64,000 bases of DNA, taken from Candidatus Onthocola gallistercoris. Lineage in GTDB: Bacteria > Bacillota > Clostridia > Lachnospirales > Lachnospiraceae. The stretch covers positions 7,614 through 71,613 of the forward strand of contig DVLT01000038.1 of assembly GCA_018715345.1 (NCBI GenBank), given 5' to 3'. Positions within the stretch are counted from its first letter, which is position 1; every line of letters starts with the position of its first letter. Below, piece by piece: positions 56,953 to 64,000 of this stretch. The notes under the pieces are model-generated. The model was not told the origin of the DNA, made no database searches, and saw only the letters and a list, made by a program, of their open reading frames with translations. The position numbers and the translations under genes are program-made.

Positions 56953-57235
56953 TTGTGGATGGATAAATACACCTTGTGGAAAGTGTGGATAATGTGGATA
57001 ACTTTTGTGGATAAATTTTATGTAGAATTTTGAAGTCGAAAAAACAAGATAGAATAGGGGTTTTAACACATTCTTAACAATTTTGTAGCAAGACATTATG
57101 TAAATGAGCTTATCCACAAGGGGAGTTGGACAAAAATGTTGATAAACTTGTGGATAATGTGGATAAGTACCGGGAAATAGGATAAATATGGGATAAAAAA
57201 ATGTGAATAAAAAAGTTGAAAACTTTTTTATCCAC
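56953..57235. promoter_or_regulatory. DnaA-box cluster
   Basis: Perfect TGTGGATAA at 56983, 56992, 57005, 57148 and 57157. Perfect TTATCCACA at 57109 and 57227. One- or two-mismatch boxes at 56953, 57136 and 57201. Confidence 0.75.
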
Positions 57236-57244
57236 ATCATAGTT

Positions 57245-58621
57245 TTATCTGAGCAGATCTTCGCCCACGGTGAAGATATCTCCGGCGCCCATGGTGATCA
57301 GAATGTCTCCCGGTTGACAATGGGTTTTGAGGAAATCTTCGATTTCTTTAAAGGACGGGAAATAATCCGCTGCCACATTCCGCTTCTGCAGTTCCGCCAG
57401 CAGATCTTTGGAATGGATCATGCCTGTATCCGCTTCCCTTGCCGCGTAGATATCGGCCAGTACCACGTGATCGGCTAAAGACAAGGCCTTGGCAAAATCT
57501 TTTAAAAAGGCTTTTGTCCGTGTATAGGTATGGGGCTGGAACACGCACCATACCTGGCGGTGGGGACAGTTGGCTGCTGCTTTGAGGGTAGCCTCGATCT
57601 CGGTCGGATGGTGGGCATAGTCATCGATGACGGTGACGCCGCCGGTTTCACCCTTATACTCGAACCGGCGGTCTGTGCCTTTAAAAGCTTCTAATCCTTT
57701 TCGGATGGCATCCATAGAGATGTTCAGCTCCAGTGAAGCGGCAATGGCAGCCAAGGCGTTGGATATATTATGGATGCCGGAAACACTCAAATGGAAACGT
57801 CCCCGGTTTTCTCCGTGGATGATCAGATCGAAACTGCCGCAGGCATGATCGTCAAAGGCGATGTTGGCTGCTGTAAGGTCGGCAGGTTTATCCAAACTGT
57901 AGGTGATGACTTTGCAAGGCAGATCAGCGGTGAAATATTCCACATGATCGATATCTTTGTTGATGACCAAAACACCGTCTTTGCCCGGTTTTTCGGCAAA
58001 AAGCCGGAAAGAGCGGCGGATATCATCGATATCCTTAAAGAAATCCAAATGATCCTCTTCCACATTCAGTATCAGGACGATCCTGGGATCAAATTTTAAA
58101 AAGCTGTTCGTATATTCACAAGCCTCTGTGATAAAATTTTCCGAACGACCGACCCGGATATTGCCGCCGATATCTTTAAGGATCCCTCCCACAGAGATCG
58201 TCGGATCACAGCCGCCTTGCATCAGGATCAACGACAGCATGGATGTGGTCGTGGTCTTGCCATGGGTTCCGGAGACCGCGATGGAATTGCGATAGTGGGA
58301 CATGATCTGCCCCAGGAGCTCTGCCCGGTCAAAATGGGGGATGTTTCTGCGAAGAACTTCTTTATATTCCGGATTATCCGGATGGATGGCAGCGGTATAG
58401 ACAGCCAGATCGATATCGTCTGTGATATTTTCAGCGCATTGGCCATAATGGATCATGGCGCCATGGGATTCCAGTTTTTCTGTTATAGGTGAAGGTTTCA
58501 TGTCGGAACCGCTGACTGTGAATCCTCTTTCCAGAAGCACTTCAGCCAGACCGCTCATGCTTATACCGCCGATACCGATAAAATGAATGTGTATCGGCTG
58601 TTCAAAATTGACTTTATACAT
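57245..58621 (-). CDS. murC: UDP-N-acetylmuramate--L-alanine ligase
   Basis: IHFIGIGGISMSGLA and GTHGKTTTTSM motifs, Mur ligase middle and C-terminal domains. Confidence 0.9.
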   Translation of the reverse strand: MYKVNFEQPIHIHFIGIGGISMSGLAEVLLERGFTVSGSDMKPSPITEKLESHGAMIHYGQCAENITDDIDLAVYTAAIHPDNPEYKEVLRRNIPHFDRAELLGQIMSHYRNSIAVSGTHGKTTTTSMLSLILMQGGCDPTISVGGILKDIGGNIRVGRSENFITEACEYTNSFLKFDPRIVLILNVEEDHLDFFKDIDDIRRSFRLFAEKPGKDGVLVINKDIDHVEYFTADLPCKVITYSLDKPADLTAANIAFDDHACGSFDLIIHGENRGRFHLSVSGIHNISNALAAIAASLELNISMDAIRKGLEAFKGTDRRFEYKGETGGVTVIDDYAHHPTEIEATLKAAANCPHRQVWCVFQPHTYTRTKAFLKDFAKALSLADHVVLADIYAAREADTGMIHSKDLLAELQKRNVAADYFPSFKEIEDFLKTHCQPGDILITMGAGDIFTVGEDLLR

Positions 58622-59007
58622 CTTATGGACACTCCCTGTTATTCATATATTCTTGAAAATGCCGATCCGCATTTTCCTTTGTTTTCCTATTATAACGTCT
58701 TTTGCATTAAAATAAAAGTCTTTCCTTTGACAAAAGCGGCAGGCCGTCATTATGGGGAAATACGTATGATGGGACAAGAGTTGTGGGGAAGATGACGTTA
58801 AGAAATATGGATGAGGCAAAATATACAAAAGCTATATGTTAAAATTGTGTAAAATTAAGTATCAAGATGACCGCCTTGACGAAAAATGTCGGAAAAATAC
58901 ACATTTTTTGGTGTTGTATTCAAGAAAATTAGTAAAAACTGTTCACTTTTTTGCGCGAAAGTGGTATAATACATAAATCATAGAGATAAACAGCAAGAGG
59001 TGATTAC

Positions 59008-60279
59008 GTGGTTAAGAAGGAAATGATTGCCATGCTTTTGGCAGGAGGACAGGGAAGCCGATTGGGTGTGCTCACTGCCAATGTAGCCAAGCCAGCGGTT
59101 GCATTTGGCGGCAAGTACAGGATCATCGATTTCCCGTTGAGCAACTGTATCAATTCAGGGATCGATACAGTTGGTGTCCTGACACAGTACAGACATTTAA
59201 GATTGAACACACACATTGGAATCGGTATTCCGTGGGATCTGGATAGAAATAATGGCGGTGTGACATTGCTTCCGCCATATGAGAAGAGCAGCAACTCGGA
59301 CTGGTACACCGGTACGGCGAATGCTATTTTCCAGAACCTGGAGTATATTGAAAGTTATAATCCGGAATATGTCCTCATCTTAGGCGGGGATCATATTTAT
59401 AAGATGGATTATCAGGTTATGCTGGACTTCCACAAGTCAAGGAATGCGGACGTGACCATCGCCTGCATGCCGGTACCGTGGGAAGAGGCCAGCCGTTTTG
59501 GCGTTGTCGTAGCCGATGACAAGGGCAATATCAAAGAGTTTGAAGAAAAGCCGGAAAAGCCGAGCAGCAACCTGGCTTCCATGGGTATTTACATTTTCAA
59601 CTGGAAGCTGCTGCGGGAAGCTTTGATCACGCTTAAAGATCAGCCGGGGTGCGATTTCGGTATGCATGTTATCCCGTATATACATAATCGCAGCCACAAT
59701 TGTTATGCTTATGAGTTTAACGGATACTGGAAAGACGTGGGTACCTTAGGCTCCTACTGGGAAGCAAACATGGAACTTATTGATATTATTCCCGAGTTCA
59801 ATCTCTATGAAGAATTTTGGAAGATATATACCAACAATGATATCATCACACCACTGTATTTTGCAGAGAACTCCAAAGTAGAGCGCTGCATCATCGGCGA
59901 AGGTTCTGAGATCCACGGCGAAGTCTATAACAGTGTCATCGGTTCCGGTGTCATCATCGGTGAAGGCACGGTGGTAAAAGATTCCATCATCATGCGGGGC
60001 ACGGTGATCGGCAAAAACTGTAAGGTGGACAAGGCTATCATCGCAGAACGGGTTGAGATCGCCGACAATGTGGAATTTGGCGTGGGAGACTACGCAGAGA
60101 GTGCGCTGAATCCGAAGGTTTACGCTTTCGATCTGGCAACGATCGCAGAGAATTCCTCTGTACCTGCCAATGTAAAGATCGGCAAGAATACAGCCATTGA
60201 CGGAAAGACTGTTCCGGAAGACTATCCGGACGGTGTGCTTGCAGGCGGACAATATATTATTAAGGCAGGTGAGATGTGA
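59008..60279 (+). CDS. glgC: Glucose-1-phosphate adenylyltransferase
   Basis: [20 protein letters not shown] and left-handed beta-helix repeats. GTG start after AGAGGTG. Confidence 0.9.
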   Translation: MVKKEMIAMLLAGGQGSRLGVLTANVAKPAVAFGGKYRIIDFPLSNCINSGIDTVGVLTQYRHLRLNTHIGIGIPWDLDRNNGGVTLLPPYEKSSNSDWYTGTANAIFQNLEYIESYNPEYVLILGGDHIYKMDYQVMLDFHKSRNADVTIACMPVPWEEASRFGVVVADDKGNIKEFEEKPEKPSSNLASMGIYIFNWKLLREALITLKDQPGCDFGMHVIPYIHNRSHNCYAYEFNGYWKDVGTLGSYWEANMELIDIIPEFNLYEEFWKIYTNNDIITPLYFAENSKVERCIIGEGSEIHGEVYNSVIGSGVIIGEGTVVKDSIIMRGTVIGKNCKVDKAIIAERVEIADNVEFGVGDYAESALNPKVYAFDLATIAENSSVPANVKIGKNTAIDGKTVPEDYPDGVLAGGQYIIKAGEM

Positions 60280-61403
60280 TGAGAGCAGTAGGTATGGTTT
60301 TAGCGGGCGGAACGAATAACCGTATGGGCGAATTGTCCAGAAAGCGTGCGGTTGCAGCGATGCCGATGGCCGGAAGCTATCGTTGCATTGATTTTGCTTT
60401 GAGCAATATGAGTAATTCCCACATTCAGAAAGTGGCTGTACTGACCCAGTACAATGCCCGCTCTTTAAATGAACATTTAAATTCCTCCAAGTGGTGGGAT
60501 TTCGGACGGAAGCAAGGCGGACTGTTCGTGCTGACGCCGACGATCACAGCAGAGAACAGCTCCTGGTATCTGGGAACAGCGGATTCGATCTATCAGAATC
60601 TGGATTTCCTGAGACATTGCCATGAGCCTTATGTGATCATTACTTCCGGCGACTGCGTATATAAGCTGGATTATAATAAAGTGCTGGAATATCATATTAA
60701 TAAAAAAGCGGATATCACAGTCGTATGCAAGGAGATGCCGGAAGATACGCCGAACCTGTCCCGTTTTGGCATCGTCAAGATGGATGATGACGGAAGGATC
60801 GTTGATTTTGAGGAGAAACCCCTTGTTGCCCAGACGAACACCATTTCGGCAGGCGTATATATTATCCGCCGCCGGCTTCTGATGGAGCTGATCCAGAAGG
60901 CTCATGACGAAGGAAGAAATGATTTTGTACAGGATATCCTGATTCGTTATAAAGATGTGAAGAAGATTTATGGCTATAAGCTGGATGGCTATTGGAGCAA
61001 CATTGCCATGATCGATGACTATTATAGAACGAACATGGATTTCCTCAAGCCGGAAGTTCGGGAATACTTCTTCAGACAGTATCCTGGCATCTATTCAAGA
61101 GTGGAAGATCTGCCGCCGGCCAAGTTTAATCCGGGTTCGGATATCCGTAATTCACTGATCTCCAGTGGATGTATTCTTAACGGCCATGTTGAAAACACGA
61201 TACTTTTCAAAAAAGTATATGTGGGCAACAACTGTGTCATTAAGAATTCCATTATTCTCAACGATGTTTATATCGGTGACAACACAGTTATTGAAAACTG
61301 TATCGTGGAAAGCCGAGACACGATCCGGGCGAATTCGTCCTATATTGGCGAACCGGGCAGAGTACGCATTGTCGATGAGAGGAATGACAGATATATTCTT
61401 TAA
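60276..61403 (+). CDS. glgD: Glucose-1-phosphate adenylyltransferase regulatory subunit
   Basis: GlgC paralog with a degenerate N-terminal motif ([12 protein letters not shown]). 4-nt overlap with glgC. Confidence 0.85.
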   Translation: MMRAVGMVLAGGTNNRMGELSRKRAVAAMPMAGSYRCIDFALSNMSNSHIQKVAVLTQYNARSLNEHLNSSKWWDFGRKQGGLFVLTPTITAENSSWYLGTADSIYQNLDFLRHCHEPYVIITSGDCVYKLDYNKVLEYHINKKADITVVCKEMPEDTPNLSRFGIVKMDDDGRIVDFEEKPLVAQTNTISAGVYIIRRRLLMELIQKAHDEGRNDFVQDILIRYKDVKKIYGYKLDGYWSNIAMIDDYYRTNMDFLKPEVREYFFRQYPGIYSRVEDLPPAKFNPGSDIRNSLISSGCILNGHVENTILFKKVYVGNNCVIKNSIILNDVYIGDNTVIENCIVESRDTIRANSSYIGEPGRVRIVDERNDRYIL

Positions 61404-61420
61404 GACTTGGGGGGAGCAAC

Positions 61421-61702
61421 GTGCAGATCACAGATGTTAGAGTACGTAAAGTTACAAAAGAAGGAAAGATGAAGGCAGTCGTATCGATAACCCTGGACAA
61501 TGAATTTGTTGTCCATGATATCAAGGTTATCGAGGGCGAGAAAGGGTTGTTCATCGCCATGCCCAGCAGAAAAGCTGCAGATGGCGAGTACAGGGATATT
61601 GCGCATCCGATCAATTCAGAGACGAGAGAGCGTATCCAGTCCATCATCCTTCAAAAATACGAAATTGCTGTTTTGGAAAATGAAACCGAGGCATCTGCAT
61701 AA
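61421..61702 (+). CDS. spoVG: Septation protein SpoVG
   Basis: [11 protein letters not shown]...[37 protein letters not shown] start after GGGGGGAG. Confidence 0.9.
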   Translation: MQITDVRVRKVTKEGKMKAVVSITLDNEFVVHDIKVIEGEKGLFIAMPSRKAADGEYRDIAHPINSETRERIQSIILQKYEIAVLENETEASA

Positions 61703-61737
61703 CCGCTGATGCGGTATATGTGTCAATAAAAAGAGGG

Positions 61738-61779
61738 AAAGCTGCCGCGCCGAAGCGTTATCGGAGCGGCAGCTTTTTG
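61738..61779 (+). terminator. Rho-independent terminator after spoVG
   Basis: AAAGCTGCCGC, loop, GCGGCAGCTTT, followed by TTG. Confidence 0.7.
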
Positions 61780-61869
61780 TCTCATATCAGCCAGGCTGCC
61801 TTGACAAAAAAAATGCGAAAGGGTATGCTTTACCGGACAGAGTTGGAAAAAAGGAGAGAAGAGGAAGTC

Positions 61870-62448
61870 ATGTACTTGATAGCTGGTTTGGGAAATCCAA
61901 CAAAACAATACAGCCACACCCGCCACAACGTGGGATTTGATATGCTGGATGCCATCGCTGATGCTTTTCAGATTTCTGTGAGTACCCGTAAGCATAAGGC
62001 GCTGATCGGCCGGGGGATCATCGGCGGTGAGCGGGTGGTCTTGGCAAAGCCTCAGACGTTTATGAATCTGAGCGGAGAGAGCATACGGGAAATCTGTGAT
62101 TTCTATAAAATAGAGCCGGAACATATGATCGTCATATATGATGATATCAGCTTGGATGTGGGCCAACTGAGGATCCGGGCAAAGGGAAGCGCCGGCGGCC
62201 ATAATGGCATCAAAAGTATCATAGCTCATCTGGGGACCATGGAATTTCCAAGGATAAAAGTAGGCATCGGAGGAAAGCCGGAAGGATGGGATCTGGCAGA
62301 CTATGTTTTGTCCAGATATTCCGCCGCAGAACAGGAAGCGCTGGACGAAGCGGCGTCCCAGGTGGTAAAGGCAGTGGAAATGATGGTGCAGGATGACATA
62401 GCCGGCGCCATGAATCAGTTTAATGGTAAGAAAAAGCCAAAGGAGTAG
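61870..62448 (+). CDS. pth: Peptidyl-tRNA hydrolase
   Basis: LIAGLGNP...YSHTRHNVGF and GSAGGHNG motifs. ATG 61870 follows AAAAGGAGAG. The longer track ORF spans the spoVG terminator. Confidence 0.9.
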   Translation: MYLIAGLGNPTKQYSHTRHNVGFDMLDAIADAFQISVSTRKHKALIGRGIIGGERVVLAKPQTFMNLSGESIREICDFYKIEPEHMIVIYDDISLDVGQLRIRAKGSAGGHNGIKSIIAHLGTMEFPRIKVGIGGKPEGWDLADYVLSRYSAAEQEALDEAASQVVKAVEMMVQDDIAGAMNQFNGKKKPKE

Positions 62449-62451
62449 GAC

Positions 62452-64000
62452 GTGAAACTATTTACAGAACCGCTGGAAGCATTAAGTGAATATCGGGAAT
62501 TGAAAGAAGATATCCTACAGGACAGACTGCCCGCCTACGTGGCGGGCTGTGTGGATTCCCAGAAATGCCATTGGATCAGCAGTGTTTCCGAAGCGTATCC
62601 GACGAAGCTCATCATCACCTACAGTGAAGCCAGAGCAAAGGCATTGTATGAGGACTACCGTTTTTTTGACCGGGATGTTTTTATCTATCCGGCCAGAGAT
62701 GTGATCTTTTATAATGCGGATGTACACAGTCATCTGCTTGTATCAAAGCGTCTGGCGGTTTTGAAGCGTCTGATGGAAGGTGAACGGATGACTGTCATCA
62801 CCACAGTGGATGGCCTGATGGATGCGCTGGTCCCCCTGGAAGTGCTGAAACAGCAGATCATCCGTTTGTATGAAGGCGCAGTGGTCAGCCAGGATCAACT
62901 GATAAAAAGACTGGTCAATATGGGATTTGAACGGACAGGACAGGTGGAAGGACCGGGACAGTTTTCCATCCGGGGTGGGATATTGGACGTTTATAACCTG
63001 ATGGATGATTGCCCTTACCGGATCGAATTTTGGGATGATGAGATCGATACGATACGCAGTTTTGATGTGCAAAGTCAGCGCTCCATAGAAAGATGCGAGA
63101 CATACAATATCTATCCGGCAGCTGAGATGGTCTTTTCCGGGGACAAGATCCGAAAAGGGTTGTCGGCTATAAAAAAAGATGTGGAAAAACAGAAAAAGAA
63201 ATTCGCCGGAGAAGGGCAGCAGGAGGCGGCCGGCCGGCTGGACCGGATTTATGAAGACGCCAGGGACGCTTTTGAGGGGGGTTACGGGGAATCCAATGTG
63301 GATAGCCTGATCCGGTATTTCTATCCGGAAACCGTATCTCTGGCGGAGGATTTTGACCGGGAGCAGACCCTCGTCTTTCTGGATGAACCCCATCGGATCG
63401 CAGAAAAAGCGGAAGGTGTGACCCGGGAATTTGAAGAAAGTATGAAAGGACGGCTTGAAAAAGGCTATATCCTACCGCGGCAGATGGAAGTATTGGTGGA
63501 TGTACGGCAGATTTTCCGTCTGCTGGAGCAGCGAAAGACCATATTACTCAGCACATTGGAACAGCGGCAGATGCCCATGGCTTTCAAAAGTCAATATCAT
63601 CTGGATGTGAAATCCATACAGCCCTATAACCGGAATTTCGAACTGTTGGTCAAAGATCTGAAACGCTGGAAGAAGAAACAATATCAGATCATCCTGGTCG
63701 CCCAGTCCAAAACCCGGGCGCAACATCTGGCAGCGGATCTGGAAAGTTATGAACTGACGGCTGCGGCAGTGGATGATCTGGAAAGTTCCGTATTGCCTGG
63801 CCAGATCATCATCTGCGGCGGACGCCTTCATGGCGGTATGGAATACACATCGTTGCATTTTGTCATCTTATCGGAAAGCGATATTTTCGGGGAAGAAAAA
63901 CGGAAGCGTCGAAAAAAAACAGCTCCGGAAGGTCAGAAACTGAACAGTTTCATGGATCTGAACATCGGAGACTATGTGGTCCATGAAAATCACGGGTTGG
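62452..64000 (+). CDS. mfd: Transcription-repair coupling factor, N-terminal part; continues beyond the window and is absent from the ORF track
   Basis: GTG 62452 lies 6 nt after AAAGGAG. I read the frame as open to base 64000. Contains UvrB-homology region motifs (GQFSIRGGILDVY, RIEFWDDEIDTIRSFD) and ends in DLNIGDYVVHENHGL. Confidence 0.85.
   Translation, partial: MKLFTEPLEALSEYRELKEDILQDRLPAYVAGCVDSQKCHWISSVSEAYPTKLIITYSEARAKALYEDYRFFDRDVFIYPARDVIFYNADVHSHLLVSKRLAVLKRLMEGERMTVITTVDGLMDALVPLEVLKQQIIRLYEGAVVSQDQLIKRLVNMGFERTGQVEGPGQFSIRGGILDVYNLMDDCPYRIEFWDDEIDTIRSFDVQSQRSIERCETYNIYPAAEMVFSGDKIRKGLSAIKKDVEKQKKKFAGEGQQEAAGRLDRIYEDARDAFEGGYGESNVDSLIRYFYPETVSLAEDFDREQTLVFLDEPHRIAEKAEGVTREFEESMKGRLEKGYILPRQMEVLVDVRQIFRLLEQRKTILLSTLEQRQMPMAFKSQYHLDVKSIQPYNRNFELLVKDLKRWKKKQYQIILVAQSKTRAQHLAADLESYELTAAAVDDLESSVLPGQIIICGGRLHGGMEYTSLHFVILSESDIFGEEKRKRRKKTAPEGQKLNSFMDLNIGDYVVHENHGL

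Noticed and set aside
56953-57235. Calling the DnaA-box cluster the chromosomal origin oriC
   Set aside because: No dnaA, dnaN or rpmH genes are nearby, I cannot evaluate a strand-bias switch from this window, and gene orientation is mixed on both sides. It is kept as a DnaA-box cluster of undetermined role.
56854-57240. 128-aa minus-strand ORF (MMWIKKFSTF...YPHYPQ...YPHYPHFPQG)
   Set aside because: It exactly covers the DnaA-box cluster, and its repeated YPH motifs are simply translations of TTATCCACA. It has no RBS and its composition is not protein-like.

Overview
The window is a 64-kb chromosomal segment with Firmicutes/Clostridia features (spoVG, glgCD, dnaD/dnaI-type loader genes, LtaS- and YfhO-family genes, strong GGAGG ribosome-binding sites, frequent TGnTAnAAT extended -10 boxes). 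It is densely coding, with about 55 CDS. I found no rRNA, tRNA, CRISPR array, IS element or prophage. All gene calls rest on motif recognition by eye, since no database search was possible.

Most of the window is housekeeping:
- Tandem CBS-domain pyrophosphatases, and dinB preceded by a LexA box.
- aroK, murA, and a SAM-I riboswitch upstream of metK.
- An OmpR-type two-component system, cca, and plsC/malQ/vanY-like genes.
- A purine salvage/catabolism cluster: guanine deaminase, NCS2 permease and a three-subunit xanthine dehydrogenase.
- asnS, ltaS-like, sbcD/yhaN-like, prs, dnaD/dnaI-like, murC, glgCD, spoVG, pth and the 5' part of mfd.

The stand-out region is 41.2-52.4 kb. A 49-codon ORF at 43332-43481, too short to appear in the supplied ORF track, encodes a Ser/Thr/Cys-rich lanthipeptide-type precursor.
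- It is joined by ATGA overlaps to an upstream LytTR response regulator and an AgrC/HPK10-type membrane kinase.
- It is followed by a strong hairpin and a 996-aa LanM synthetase, then a second paralogous LytTR regulator.
- A second promoter drives an AT-rich gene for a Tyr-rich secreted protein, followed by a lipoprotein/ABC-2 module.
- Both promoters carry the same tripartite motif, GGACA-N6-GACAG-N5-GGACA, exactly 27 nt upstream of an extended -10.
- No LanT or LanP is present, and the leader has no double-glycine site.

I read this as a lanthipeptide sitting in the pheromone slot of a pln/agr-like LytTR quorum circuit. That function is an inference from gene order and motifs, not something the sequence shows directly.

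Other points of note:
- A cluster of 7 perfect DnaA boxes upstream of the dnaD/dnaI-like operon.
- A partly duplicated promoter-leader module upstream of the OmpR-type two-component system.
- Two perfect palindromes in the xanthine dehydrogenase leader.
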